Source: Candidatus Omnitrophota bacterium (GTDB lineage Bacteria; Omnitrophota; Gorgyraeia; JAFGHF01). Taken from it: a DNA stretch of 64,000 nucleotides. The DNA is taken from positions 229 to 64,228 of the forward strand of contig JAFGHF010000072.1 of assembly GCA_016939375.1 (NCBI GenBank), in the 5' to 3' direction. The first letter of the stretch is position 1, and the number at the start of each line of letters is the position of its first letter. A program made the translations under genes and the position numbers. Below, one piece after another: positions 1 to 9,670 of this stretch. The notes under the pieces were generated by a model. The model had not been told where the DNA came from and did no database searches. It was given only the letters and a program-made list of their open reading frames with translations.

Positions 1-916
1 TGAAAGGCGTAAGCACATCGTGTAACGCTCCCGCTTTGTCTTTCATCGAAAAGACGATCGAAGTCTTATCGTTTCCCGTAGGCTCGGTCTCCTGCTTGCC
101 GATAATCAAAAAGCGCGTGATATTGTGCGAGGAATCCTCTATCGATTTGGCCACAATTTTTAAGCCGTACTTCTCCGCGGCCAGCTTGCTGGCAATGGCA
201 GCGGAGTATTTAGGATAATTCTTTGAATTTGGGTCCGCGTTTAAATATCTCGCATAACCGGCGGCAAGAGTAGTACTCGCTACCGGAACCAATTCCACCT
301 TAGGCAGGTTTTTCTCAAGCCATATACGGCATTGCGCCAAAACCTGCTGGTGCGAATATATCGTCTTGATATCCTTGAGCGCGCCGGTCATATTCATGAG
401 GTAATGCGCTATCGGCAGATACATCTCAGAGCAGATCTTAAGCTCCGAGTCAATGAACATGTCCAAAGTATGGTTGACCGCGCCTTCAGTCGAGTTCTCA
501 ATCGGCACCACACCGTAATCCGCCCGGTCGCGCTCTACTTCCATAAACACGTCGGCGATACCGTCGCATTTTATATATTCCAGCGATTCGCCGAATTTCT
601 TGACAGCGGCTATATGCGTGAACGTCGCTTCCGGACCCATATATGCTACTTTGGGAGGACTCTGAATGGCCAGGGAACCAGACATAATCTCCCTGTATAT
701 AGCCTTAATGGTCTCTTTTTTAAGCAGACCGGATCTGTTCGATTCTAAAAGGCGCTTGTAAATGTGCGCTTCACGGTCCGGTGAAAAGCTGGGAGCCTTG
801 CCCTTTGACTTGAATCGGCCGATCTCCAATGTGACCTTGGCCCGTTCATTCAGCAGTCGCAGTATCTTGTTGTCTATCTGGTCTATTCTCTTGCGCAATG
901 TCTTCAATTTTGACAT
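1..916 (-). CDS. pheA: Chorismate mutase/prephenate dehydratase (runs off the left edge of the window)
   Basis: Not in the ORF track; translated by hand from ATG at 916: MSKLKTLRKRIDQIDNKILRLLNER...VAYMGPEATFTH...VVPIENSTEG...YSHQQVLAQC...NITRFLII...KTSIVFS. Start overlaps the scpB 3' end. Confidence 0.93.
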   Translation of the reverse strand, partial: MSKLKTLRKRIDQIDNKILRLLNERAKVTLEIGRFKSKGKAPSFSPDREAHIYKRLLESNRSGLLKKETIKAIYREIMSGSLAIQSPPKVAYMGPEATFTHIAAVKKFGESLEYIKCDGIADVFMEVERDRADYGVVPIENSTEGAVNHTLDMFIDSELKICSEMYLPIAHYLMNMTGALKDIKTIYSHQQVLAQCRIWLEKNLPKVELVPVASTTLAAGYARYLNADPNSKNYPKYSAAIASKLAAEKYGLKIVAKSIEDSSHNITRFLIIGKQETEPTGNDKTSIVFSMKDKAGALHDVLTPF

Positions 917-1457
917 TAGCATCACCCGCTTTCATTAATTCACCGAATTCTTCCAGCTTGGGAAGGTTCTCTATTGAATTAAGTCCGAATAACTCCAAAA
1001 ATTGTTGCGTCGTACCATAACAAAAGGGCCTGCCCGGCAGTTGCTTGCGCCCGCTTATTCTCACCAATTGTTTCTCTAATAATTTTTTCAGCACCCCGTC
1101 AATGTTCACCCCGCGTACGTCCTCGATCTCCATCCGTGTGATGGGTTGACGATAGGCGATAATGGCCAGGGTCTCTAAAGCCGGGCGGGAAAGCTTCTCT
1201 GCGCGTGCCTGAGTATACATCTTTTTAAGCCAATCGGCATAGGCCGGCTCGGTTGCCAATTGGTATCCCCCCGCGATCTCGATAATCGTAAAGCTGCGCC
1301 CGGAACTGCTATACTCATTTCTCAGATCGTCAATTAACTTAGAGACTGCGCCGGCATCTAGCTCCTCTAAGACATTGGCTATCTCCGTGGAGCTTAGCGG
1401 TTTATCAGATGAGATTAATAATGCCTCAATAATCTTTTTTGCCTGTCCTTGTTCCAT
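846..1457 (-). CDS. scpB: SMC-Scp complex subunit ScpB
   Basis: LSRPALETLAIIAYRQPITR...GRP..YGTT..FLELFGL; adjacent to scpA. Start moved to ATG 1457 after AGGTGG (track 1466). Confidence 0.95.
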   Translation of the reverse strand: MEQGQAKKIIEALLISSDKPLSSTEIANVLEELDAGAVSKLIDDLRNEYSSSGRSFTIIEIAGGYQLATEPAYADWLKKMYTQARAEKLSRPALETLAIIAYRQPITRMEIEDVRGVNIDGVLKKLLEKQLVRISGRKQLPGRPFCYGTTQQFLELFGLNSIENLPKLEEFGELMKAGDANVKIEDIAQENRPDRQQDTATAE

Positions 1458-1470
1458 TAGCACCACCTAT

Positions 1471-2208
1471 TTAACTGGATTTTGCTTCCATATGTTCGGG
1501 ATGGCGTAAGATCTCGATTTCGCCGAACTGTGCTTTCTGCCTGATTATTATCTCTTTCAGGCGGATTAACTCCAATACAGCCAGAAAAGTAGCGATTACT
1601 TCGATTTTGTTCCTGGCCTGTTCGAATAACTTTGAAAAATAGATAATCGGCTTATCTACTAAAATATGCAATAAGTCGTGGACCTTTTTCTCCACCGTAA
1701 ATTCATCATGCATTAACTCGAAAAACTTCTCTTTGGGTATTGTCTTTAAGATCTTGGAGAAGGCCGAGATTAAATCAAAGAGGCTGGCCTCAAAATAGGC
1801 CCCTTCCTCATCACCCTCAAAGACAAGCGGCACCGCTTTACGGCGAAAAGTCTTGCCTTGTTCCTTTTCCAAAAATTCAAGCCGGTTGGCTGCCTCTTTA
1901 AACTTTTTATATTCAAGGAGCTTGCGCACCAATTCAGCCCGCGGGTCAAAAAGCTCTTCCTCTTCGCCTTCTTGTTCATCGGGCGGCAGGAGCATTTTTG
2001 ACTTTATATGTATCAAAGTGGAGGCCATTACCAAAAATTCGCCAGCAAGCTTCAAGTCTAAAAGCTGCATAAGGTTTAGGTATTCGAGGTACTGTTCCGT
2101 TATTTTGGCAATGGGGATGTCATAGATGTTAATCTCTTCTTTCTTTATCAGATAAAGTAGTAGGTCTAGGGGGCCTTCAAATACCTCTAATTTTATTTTG
2201 TGCGTCAT
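1471..2208 (-). CDS. scpA: Segregation and condensation protein ScpA
   Basis: FEGPLDLLLYLI, EFLVMASTLIHIKSKMLLP, TFLAVLEL kleisin motifs. Confidence 0.95.
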   Translation of the reverse strand: MTHKIKLEVFEGPLDLLLYLIKKEEINIYDIPIAKITEQYLEYLNLMQLLDLKLAGEFLVMASTLIHIKSKMLLPPDEQEGEEEELFDPRAELVRKLLEYKKFKEAANRLEFLEKEQGKTFRRKAVPLVFEGDEEGAYFEASLFDLISAFSKILKTIPKEKFFELMHDEFTVEKKVHDLLHILVDKPIIYFSKLFEQARNKIEVIATFLAVLELIRLKEIIIRQKAQFGEIEILRHPEHMEAKSS

Positions 2209-2210
2209 GA

Positions 2211-3194
2211 TTAATATAGACCGATCAGTTTGCGCGTCTCTTTTAATGTTTCTACGCAGACTCCTCTTGCTTTTTCTGCTCCTTGAGTCAATATATCGTC
2301 AACGGTAGATCTATGTCTTGTAAACTGGGCCCTTTTTTCCCGTATCGGCTCTAACACCCCGTTTAATATATCAGCCAGCTTTTTCTTGCATTCAATGCAC
2401 CCAATCTCTGCCTTCGTACACCAGTGATGGACCTCTTTTTCCATCTCCGGTTTAAATATCTTATAATAGGAAAAGACATTACAAACTTTCGGGTGTCCGG
2501 GATCAGTCTTTTTTATTCGCTTGGGGTCAGTAACCATCTGGCCGGTCTTTTTCCCCACCTCCTCTTTAGAATCAGAAAGGGCTATAAAGTTTTGATAGCT
2601 TTTGCTCATCTTTCTATTATCTATCCCTAAGAGTTTGGGTGTCTCAGTCAATATCGCCTGGGGTTCGGGAAAGACCTTTTTTTTGTAAATGTGCTCGAAG
2701 CGCCTGAGTATTTCCCGGGTCAATTCCAAATGTGCCAGCTGGTCGGCCCCTACAGGCACGGCATGCGCCTTGTAGATCACGATATCGGCGGCTTGTAAGA
2801 CCGGATAGCCTAAAAATCCATATGTATGCAGGTCGCGCGTGGTTATCTCCCGCAGCTGTTCTTTGTAAGTCGGGCAGCGCTCCAGCCAGCCTAAAGGCGT
2901 AATATTGGAGAACAAAAGATATAACTGCGCGTGTTCCTGGATATGCGACTGTACAAAAAGCACGCTTTTTTCGGGGTCTAACCCGCAACTCAACCAGTCG
3001 ATTACATTATCAAGGGTATACCGCCTTAAGTCCTGCGGTCGCTCATACTCGCTCATATGGGCGTGCCAATCGGCGACCATAAAGAAACACTCATACTCAT
3101 CTTGTAATTTTTCCCAGTTCTTCAGGGCCCCTACAAGATGCCCCAGATGCAACGGGCCTGTAGGCCTCATTCCGCTTAACAACCTTTTTTTCAT
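2211..3194 (-). CDS. trpS: Tryptophan--tRNA ligase
   Basis: SGMRPTG.LHLGH (HIGH), GYPVLQAADI, KMSKS. Confidence 0.97.
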   Translation of the reverse strand: MKKRLLSGMRPTGPLHLGHLVGALKNWEKLQDEYECFFMVADWHAHMSEYERPQDLRRYTLDNVIDWLSCGLDPEKSVLFVQSHIQEHAQLYLLFSNITPLGWLERCPTYKEQLREITTRDLHTYGFLGYPVLQAADIVIYKAHAVPVGADQLAHLELTREILRRFEHIYKKKVFPEPQAILTETPKLLGIDNRKMSKSYQNFIALSDSKEEVGKKTGQMVTDPKRIKKTDPGHPKVCNVFSYYKIFKPEMEKEVHHWCTKAEIGCIECKKKLADILNGVLEPIREKRAQFTRHRSTVDDILTQGAEKARGVCVETLKETRKLIGLY

Positions 3195-5308
3195 AATCTT
3201 CTAGCTACTTTCTCAATCTCAAAGCACTCGATGATATCAGCCGGCCGGATCTCTTTAAACCTTTCAAAGCCGATACCGCATTCCTGCCCCGCGGTTACTT
3301 CTTTGGCATCGTCCTTAAACCTCTTAAGTGAGGTGATCTTTCCCCTAAAGACCTCTTCATTATTGCGGATTACCTTGCCCTGGGCATTTCTGAATATTTT
3401 TCCCGCTAAGACAATACAGCCGGCTACGTTGCCCACCTTGGTAACCTTGAATATTTGGCGCACTTGAGCCTTGCCCAAAAAATTCTCCTTCAAATGCGGC
3501 TCAAGCATCCCTTCCAAGGCACTTTTTATGTTAGCAGTGACCTCATATATAATGTTATAGAGGGTGATATCGACCTTTTCCTTCTCAGCCAGCTCCTTGG
3601 CATTCGACTGGATGCCGACATGAAAGCCGATGACCAGTGCGTTTGAGACAGTGGCCAGCATTACATCGGAGACATTTATGTTTCCCACCCCGCTGTGGAT
3701 GATCTTTATTGTCACGTCTTCAGTGGTCAACTTTTGCAAAGATTGCAAGAGAGCCTCCAGCGAACCTTGGACGTCTGCTTTTACAATAAGGTTTAATTCC
3801 TTGATTTTTCCGTCTTTGATCTGCTGGTACAGGTCTTCCAGGGAGACATGCGCGGCCGAAGAGGCCCCTCTGAGCCTTTTTTCTTCGAGTCTACGGAAAG
3901 AAAACTCCCTGGCCTTCTTTTCATCCTCTACGACGTAGAAACGCTCTCCGGCTTCCGGGACTCCGGTAAGACCGGAGATCTCAACGGGATCAGACGGACC
4001 AGCTTGTTTTATCTGTTTGCCCTGGTCGTTAATCATCGACTTGACCTTGGCGCAGAAGTCGCCGCAGACTAACACGTCCCCTATTTTTAGTGTGCCATTT
4101 TGTACCAACACAGTAGCGGTGGGCCCGGTCCCCCGGGAAAGCTTACTTTCGATGACTACACCCCGGGCATAGCGATTGGGGTTGGCCTTTAATTCCAGCA
4201 TCTCGGCTTCCAAAAGTATCATCTCTAACATCTCGTCTATCCCCGCACCGCTTTTTGCCGAGACGTTAACGGCTATTGTCTTCCCCCCCATATCTTCCGT
4301 ATTCAACCCTCTCTGGCCCAATTGGGCCTTTACCTTTGCCAGGTTGATATGTGGTAAATCGACCTTGTTTATGGCTACGACAATGGGTACGCCGGCTGCC
4401 TTGGCATGATCGATTGCCTCTATAGTCTGAGGCATCACACCGTCATTAGCAGCCACTACCAGCACTACTATGTCCGTAGCCACAGCTCCACGGGCACGCA
4501 TTGCCGTGAATGCTTCGTGACCGGGAGTATCGAGAAAGGTGATCTTTTTATTTCCAACGTTTACTTCATAAGCACCGATGTGTTGGGTAATACCTCCCGC
4601 TTCACGGGCGGCTACTCTGGTCTTTCTGATCATGTCCAAAAGAGAAGTCTTGCCATGGTCAACATGGCCCATTAAAGTGACCACGGGCGCCCTGTGTTGT
4701 AAATCACCTTCGGCATCATCTTCTTTCTGTATATGCAAAAGCTCTTCTTCTAGATCGGGAAGCCGCTCTATCGCATAATCAAACTCCTTGCCTATCTTTA
4801 CCACTGTATCCTCGTCAAGCATCTGGTTGATAGTAGCCATAATCTTCATCTTCATCAGATGTTTAATCAGGTCATTGGTCTTAACATTAAGCTTGACCGC
4901 TAATTCTTTTACGGATAAAGGCATCTTTGTCTGCAGAGGTTTTAGTTTCGGCTCTTCGCCAACTGTCTCTTGTGTCGGCTGAGCTGGCTCTTCTTTAACT
5001 TGCGGCTGCTCCTCGATTGTGGGCTTAGCTTGGACTTTGGGCTTGGCCTTAGGAGCGGGCCTCGGCTTAGCTTTTGGCTTGACTTTGGGTTTAGCTTTTG
5101 GTTCTGCCTTAGGCTTTGCTTTTGACTTGACCTTTGCGCCACTATCCTTAGTCTTACCCTTGAGCTCGGCCGATACAATCTGTACTGTCCCGTCATCGAG
5201 CGCACTCATATGTCCCGCGGCTTTAATATTTAGGCTTTTTAACTTTGCCAATAGCTCTTTGCTCGTGATTCCTAATTGTTTTGCTAAAGTATGGACCCTT
5301 ATGCTCAC
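3191..5308 (-). CDS. infB: Translation initiation factor IF-2
   Basis: [31 protein letters not shown]; GTG start after AAGGAGG. Confidence 0.97.
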   Translation of the reverse strand: MSIRVHTLAKQLGITSKELLAKLKSLNIKAAGHMSALDDGTVQIVSAELKGKTKDSGAKVKSKAKPKAEPKAKPKVKPKAKPRPAPKAKPKVQAKPTIEEQPQVKEEPAQPTQETVGEEPKLKPLQTKMPLSVKELAVKLNVKTNDLIKHLMKMKIMATINQMLDEDTVVKIGKEFDYAIERLPDLEEELLHIQKEDDAEGDLQHRAPVVTLMGHVDHGKTSLLDMIRKTRVAAREAGGITQHIGAYEVNVGNKKITFLDTPGHEAFTAMRARGAVATDIVVLVVAANDGVMPQTIEAIDHAKAAGVPIVVAINKVDLPHINLAKVKAQLGQRGLNTEDMGGKTIAVNVSAKSGAGIDEMLEMILLEAEMLELKANPNRYARGVVIESKLSRGTGPTATVLVQNGTLKIGDVLVCGDFCAKVKSMINDQGKQIKQAGPSDPVEISGLTGVPEAGERFYVVEDEKKAREFSFRRLEEKRLRGASSAAHVSLEDLYQQIKDGKIKELNLIVKADVQGSLEALLQSLQKLTTEDVTIKIIHSGVGNINVSDVMLATVSNALVIGFHVGIQSNAKELAEKEKVDITLYNIIYEVTANIKSALEGMLEPHLKENFLGKAQVRQIFKVTKVGNVAGCIVLAGKIFRNAQGKVIRNNEEVFRGKITSLKRFKDDAKEVTAGQECGIGFERFKEIRPADIIECFEIEKVARRL
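5025..5135 (-). repeat. Low-complexity (A/P)K repeat in the IF-2 linker
   Basis: [39 protein letters not shown], degenerate 4-residue period; boundaries approximate. Confidence 0.7.
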
Positions 5309-5313
5309 CCCGC

Positions 5314-5384
5314 TAGACCTCCTTAAGTAAAGTTGCTATATTCAATTCTATGAATCTATTTACCCCATCGACCAAAAAGGTCTA
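5314..5384 (-). promoter_or_regulatory. Candidate SD/anti-SD pairing in the nusA-infB spacer
   Basis: mRNA UAGACCUUUUU (5384-5374) is complementary over 11 nt (two G-U) to AAGGAGGUCUA (5324-5314), which holds the infB SD. Confidence 0.4.
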
Positions 5385-5391
5385 ACGAGGC

Positions 5392-6531
5392 TCATTTATC
5401 CTCTCCGGGTTTCGATGCTTTGGCTTGAGCGATTATTTTTTCAGCTTTCTTTTCGCCGATTCCTTTGATTCTGGTCAATTCAGATACGTCCGCCGCAGCC
5501 AATTTTTTAACGCTCTTGTAGCCTGCAGATTCTAAAGCCGTGCGGATCTTCTCGCCGATCCCAGCCAGCTTTTCTAAATCAGCTTTTTCTTTGTCTGTCT
5601 CAGTGGCGCTTTTGATATCAATGTCCCAGCCGGTCAGTTTACAGGCCAAACGCACATTTTGTCCACGTTTGCCGATTGCCAAAGAAAGCTGGTCATCGGC
5701 CACTAAAACCTTGGATGCTCTATTTTCCTTGTCTATCTCCATGCTCAATACCTTTGCCGGGCTAAGCGCCCCGGCAATAAACTCCTTGGGATCTTCATTC
5801 CATCTGATGATATCTATTTTTTCTCCCCGTAATTCCCGCACGATATTCTTCACCCTAATGCCTCTCATGCCTACGCAGGCGCCCACACAATCAATTTTAT
5901 CATCTTTGGAATAAACCGCTATTTTTGTCCTTTCTCCGGCTTCCCGGGCTATTGACTTTATCTCTACAATACCCTCGTATATTTCAGGTACTTCCAGTTC
6001 AAACATCTGTTTGATAAGGCCGGGGTTGCTACGGGAAAGCACAATATGGGGTCCTTTTGCTGTCTTCTTCACATCTAGGATATAGGCGCGAACCCTTTCC
6101 CCCTGCCTATATGTCTCTTTGGGGGATTGCTCGCTTTTGGGTAAGATCGCTTCTGTCTTGCCTAAATCGACTATTATGCTGCCCTTTTCAAAACGGTGTA
6201 CCAGGCCAAGGGCTAAGGTACCCATCTTTTTATTAAAATCCTCAAAAATGACCTCTCGTTCGGCCTCCCTGATCTTCTGGATGATCACCTGCTTGGCTGT
6301 TTGGGCCGCGATCCTACCAAATTCACCGGAGGTGACTTCTTTTCCGTCGGAAAAGACCTTGATCCCTCCTGTTTTTGGGTCAAGCTTGACCTCTACATCT
6401 TTGACATTGGGGCCTAAATCCTTTTTAGCCGCCGAGACCAAGGCAGCTTCCACTGCCTGAATCAGGATTTCCTTTTTTATCCCCTTTTCTCGCTCAAGGT
6501 GCTCTAATATTGACAATAGTTCCTCGTTCAT
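5392..6531 (-). CDS. nusA: Transcription termination factor NusA
   Basis: [14 protein letters not shown]1 and KH domains, [16 protein letters not shown]-terminal HhH repeats. Confidence 0.97.
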   Translation of the reverse strand: MNEELLSILEHLEREKGIKKEILIQAVEAALVSAAKKDLGPNVKDVEVKLDPKTGGIKVFSDGKEVTSGEFGRIAAQTAKQVIIQKIREAEREVIFEDFNKKMGTLALGLVHRFEKGSIIVDLGKTEAILPKSEQSPKETYRQGERVRAYILDVKKTAKGPHIVLSRSNPGLIKQMFELEVPEIYEGIVEIKSIAREAGERTKIAVYSKDDKIDCVGACVGMRGIRVKNIVRELRGEKIDIIRWNEDPKEFIAGALSPAKVLSMEIDKENRASKVLVADDQLSLAIGKRGQNVRLACKLTGWDIDIKSATETDKEKADLEKLAGIGEKIRTALESAGYKSVKKLAAADVSELTRIKGIGEKKAEKIIAQAKASKPGEDK

Positions 6532-6548
6532 CTTCTCTGCTCCGCTTA

Positions 6549-7010
6549 TTAAAGTTCCAGCTCTAATCTTGCCTTGGCAATGTTCTCTCTATTAATGACC
6601 ACTTTCTTTTCCTCGCTCGTCTTTATGGTTACATTTTCTTCATCAATAGCGGCCATTGTGCCTTTCCATACATTTTGTTTATTTATCGCCTCATGCAATA
6701 CTATTCTAATCTCCTTATCAGCACAACGCTGAAAATCCCTGGTGCTAATCAAAGGTCTGTCCAATCCGGGAGAAGAAACCTCTAAAATATAGCTTTCCTG
6801 TATAACATCATCTTTCTCCAGCATTTCACCGATTTGTTTATTGAGCTGCGCACACTTCTCCAGAGTAATCCCGCCAGGCTCATCAACCAAAAACTGTAGC
6901 ATGGACCTGCCCCTGCCTCTGCGCAGGGCCAAATCCACCAACTCTATGCCCTTAGCGTTCAATAACGGCCAAACCTTCTCTTTAATGCTGTCCAAAAATA
7001 TCTCATTCAT
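6549..7010 (-). CDS. rimP: Ribosome maturation factor RimP
   Basis: YILEVSSPGLDRPL motif; upstream of nusA. Confidence 0.95.
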   Translation of the reverse strand: MNEIFLDSIKEKVWPLLNAKGIELVDLALRRGRGRSMLQFLVDEPGGITLEKCAQLNKQIGEMLEKDDVIQESYILEVSSPGLDRPLISTRDFQRCADKEIRIVLHEAINKQNVWKGTMAAIDEENVTIKTSEEKKVVINRENIAKARLELEL

Positions 7011-7012
7011 AA

Positions 7013-7043
7013 TAAAAAAAGTGGGTCTAAAATTTTACCCACT
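7013..7043 (-). terminator. rimP leader terminator-like hairpin (attenuator)
   Basis: AGTGGGT-N10-ACCCACT followed by a T-run immediately before the rimP ATG. Confidence 0.75.
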
Positions 7044-7077
7044 CATCTCCCCTTTCTAAAAGATTGAAGTGAAAAAT

Positions 7078-7106
7078 ACTATACTATAAATCCTGGGCTT
7101 TGTCAA
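7078..7106 (-). promoter_or_regulatory. Sigma70-type promoter for rimP-nusA-infB
   Basis: TTGACA (7106-7101)-17 bp-TATAGT (7083-7078), overlapping the proS 3' end. Confidence 0.8.
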
Positions 7107-8367
7107 GTGTTAACTTCAACTCTGACATCAGCTTGGATATAGCCTTTTCGCTCTCAACCAGGGTACGCTCATCTGTGCTGCGTTTCTTAATTTCGATCTT
7201 GCCTTGCTTGATATTTTTCTCTCCCACTATGACCTGCAAGGGGATGCCGATCAGATCTGCGTCCTTAAGCTTGATACCGGCACGTTCATCCCTGTCATCC
7301 AGAAGCACATCGATATTTCTCTTCTCTAGCTCATTATAGACTTCCAGCGCAGCAGCCCTTGAGGCCTGATCCTGGATATTTAGCGGCAAAATCACCGCTC
7401 GATAAGGGCTGATTTCCTCCGGCCAGATGATGCCGTCCTTATCGTGGCGCTGCTCGATGGCCGAGGCCAATATCCGGTTGACCCCAATACCGTAGCAGCC
7501 CATGATAATCGGCTGCTCTTTTCCGTTTTCATCCAGGAACCGCGCCTTTAAGGCATCGCTATATTTTGTCCCCAGCTTGAAGATATGGCCGATCTCTATG
7601 GCCGCCTTAAAGTCTAGCTTCCCGGAACATTTTGGGCATTTCTTACTCTTTTTTATATTTTCTGAAACATTGCTGCTGGCCCACGAGCAAGACGGACAAT
7701 ATGCCACGGCATCTTCCCCGCCTCTTGCCGGGACCATAAATTCGTGCGATACGTCTCCTCCCATTATCCCCGGGTCGGCTTCCACGGCCAAAAAGTCCAG
7801 GCCGCAACGCCTAAAAATCTTATGATAGGCTTTATACATATCCTGGTAACTTTTATTCAGACCCTCAGCGTCCTTATCAAAGCTGTAGGCGTCTTTCATG
7901 ATAAATTCACAACTCCTTAAGACCCCGAAACGGGGTCGGGGCTCATCCCTAAATTTTGTCTGGATCTGATAAAGGGTCTGTGGCAATTGCTTATAAGATT
8001 TAAAATAGGCCCTGGCGATAGTGGTGATTACTTCCTCGTGGGTAGGTCCCAAGACCATCTGTTTATCGCGCCGGTCACGAAAAGAAATCATCACCCTGCC
8101 GATTTCTTCGAAACGGCCCGATTCTTTCCATAGCGCCGCCGGCTGCAGGGCCGATAAAAGCACCTGCTGAGCACCACAAGCATCCATCTCTTGGCGAATA
8201 ATCTCTTCTGCCTTGCGCAATACCCTCCAGCCCAGAGGAAGATAGCAATACACTCCCGAAGAAAGTTGGCGGATCAGCCCTGAGCGAAGCATCAATTTGT
8301 GACTAACCGCCTCAGCGTCCTGCGGGGCTTCCTTTAAAGTCGGTATTAAACTTTTTGACCATAACAT
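7084..8367 (-). CDS. proS: Proline--tRNA ligase, short form without the INS editing domain
   Basis: LGPTHEE, KFRDEPRPRFG...EFIMKDAYSF, IEIGHIFKLG, MGCYGIGV.R; 427 aa. Confidence 0.95.
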   Translation of the reverse strand: MLWSKSLIPTLKEAPQDAEAVSHKLMLRSGLIRQLSSGVYCYLPLGWRVLRKAEEIIRQEMDACGAQQVLLSALQPAALWKESGRFEEIGRVMISFRDRRDKQMVLGPTHEEVITTIARAYFKSYKQLPQTLYQIQTKFRDEPRPRFGVLRSCEFIMKDAYSFDKDAEGLNKSYQDMYKAYHKIFRRCGLDFLAVEADPGIMGGDVSHEFMVPARGGEDAVAYCPSCSWASSNVSENIKKSKKCPKCSGKLDFKAAIEIGHIFKLGTKYSDALKARFLDENGKEQPIIMGCYGIGVNRILASAIEQRHDKDGIIWPEEISPYRAVILPLNIQDQASRAAALEVYNELEKRNIDVLLDDRDERAGIKLKDADLIGIPLQVIVGEKNIKQGKIEIKKRSTDERTLVESEKAISKLMSELKLTLDKAQDL

Positions 8368-8377
8368 ATTTTTGCCT

Positions 8378-9670
8378 TTATTGCTTCTTAAAAAAATCTG
8401 AGTCTATGTTTATGCCCTTTTTTCTCAGTTTAGGTATAAAAGAGGGCACCGCGCCGGTAGCCGCCATCTCACCCAGTATTTTTCCATCCTCAGCAAAACC
8501 CCTTTGATTAAACACGTAGATATCGTCTAGCTCTATCTCGTCCGCCTTGCTACCCTGATGCACCTCGGTTATTTTGGTAACCTTGCGGCTTCCATCTTGC
8601 ATGCGTTCCTGTTGTACGATGAGGTTGAGGTTATTGGCAATATGCCTCCTTATAGCCCAGAGGGGAATCGCCACTCCCGATGTAGCGATCATCGCCTCAA
8701 GCCTGGAAATTACGTCCTCAGGGGAGGCCGCATGCACGACCCCTAAAGCACCACTATGGCCGGAAGCCATGGCCTGCACCATGTCCAAGGCCTCTCCGCC
8801 CCTTACTTCACCGATCACAATGCGGTCCGGCCTCATCCTTAATGAGTTTTTAAGCAGGTCGCGGATGGTGATTTCGCCTTTTCCCTCGATATTAGGGAAC
8901 CTGGCCTGCAGGCGGACAACGTGTTCCTGATAAAAAGTCAATTCCCTGGTATCTTCCATTACTACGATTCTTTCGTCTCGTGAAATATAAAACGAAAGTA
9001 TACCTAAAGTAGTGGTCTTGCCCACCCCCGTGGGGCCAGAAAATATGATATTGATCCTAGCCAAAACACAAGCGACCAAAAACTCGGCAGCCTGCTTGCT
9101 CAAAGTACCGGCCTTTACCAGATCCTCGATGCGCACGAAACTCTTTGAAAGCTTGCGGATTGTAACCACCGGACCGTTTAATGCAAGGGGCGGCAGGATT
9201 ACATTCACCCTGGTCCCATCGCCTAAGGATACATCTACGTAAGGGGTGGACTCGTCTACCTTCCTGTTACCATAAGAGACCATCTTTTGGATTAGATGGT
9301 TTAATTGGTCCACGCTGCTAAATTCAATATCGGTAAGTATCTTTTTACCCTCTTTTTCCGCGTATACCTTATCCGGCCCATTGATCAGAATTTCGGTGAT
9401 CTCCTCGTCCTTCATCAGATCGTCGATTGGTCCGTAGCCCAAAAGTTCATCGACAATTTCTTTTACCAATTCCTCTTCTTCCACGGGCTTTAAATCGTTG
9501 ATCCTCTCAAAGCGGCTATGTTTTTTAATCAAAGTCTCTATTCTGGAGATCAATATTTTTCGTTTATCCGTGAGCACCTGAGTGGCAAAAAGACGTGATA
9601 AGGCAAATTCCTTAACCAATTGTTCCTGGATCGCCCGTTTTAATCTTTCTAAAATCTCTCTTCTACTCAT
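8378..9670 (-). CDS. cpaF: CpaF/TadA-family secretion/pilus assembly ATPase
   Basis: GYGPID.L..D..ITEILINGP, Walker A GPTGVGKTT, EDTREL, LRMRPDRIVIGEVRGGE, SGH.G...VHA. Confidence 0.9.
   Translation of the reverse strand: MSRREILERLKRAIQEQLVKEFALSRLFATQVLTDKRKILISRIETLIKKHSRFERINDLKPVEEEELVKEIVDELLGYGPIDDLMKDEEITEILINGPDKVYAEKEGKKILTDIEFSSVDQLNHLIQKMVSYGNRKVDESTPYVDVSLGDGTRVNVILPPLALNGPVVTIRKLSKSFVRIEDLVKAGTLSKQAAEFLVACVLARINIIFSGPTGVGKTTTLGILSFYISRDERIVVMEDTRELTFYQEHVVRLQARFPNIEGKGEITIRDLLKNSLRMRPDRIVIGEVRGGEALDMVQAMASGHSGALGVVHAASPEDVISRLEAMIATSGVAIPLWAIRRHIANNLNLIVQQERMQDGSRKVTKITEVHQGSKADEIELDDIYVFNQRGFAEDGKILGEMAATGAVPSFIPKLRKKGINIDSDFFKKQ

Noticed and set aside
5025-5135. IF-2 PKAK repeat as part of the repeat-insertion phenomenon
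   Set aside because: The period is in register with codons and such linkers are ordinary in IF-2.
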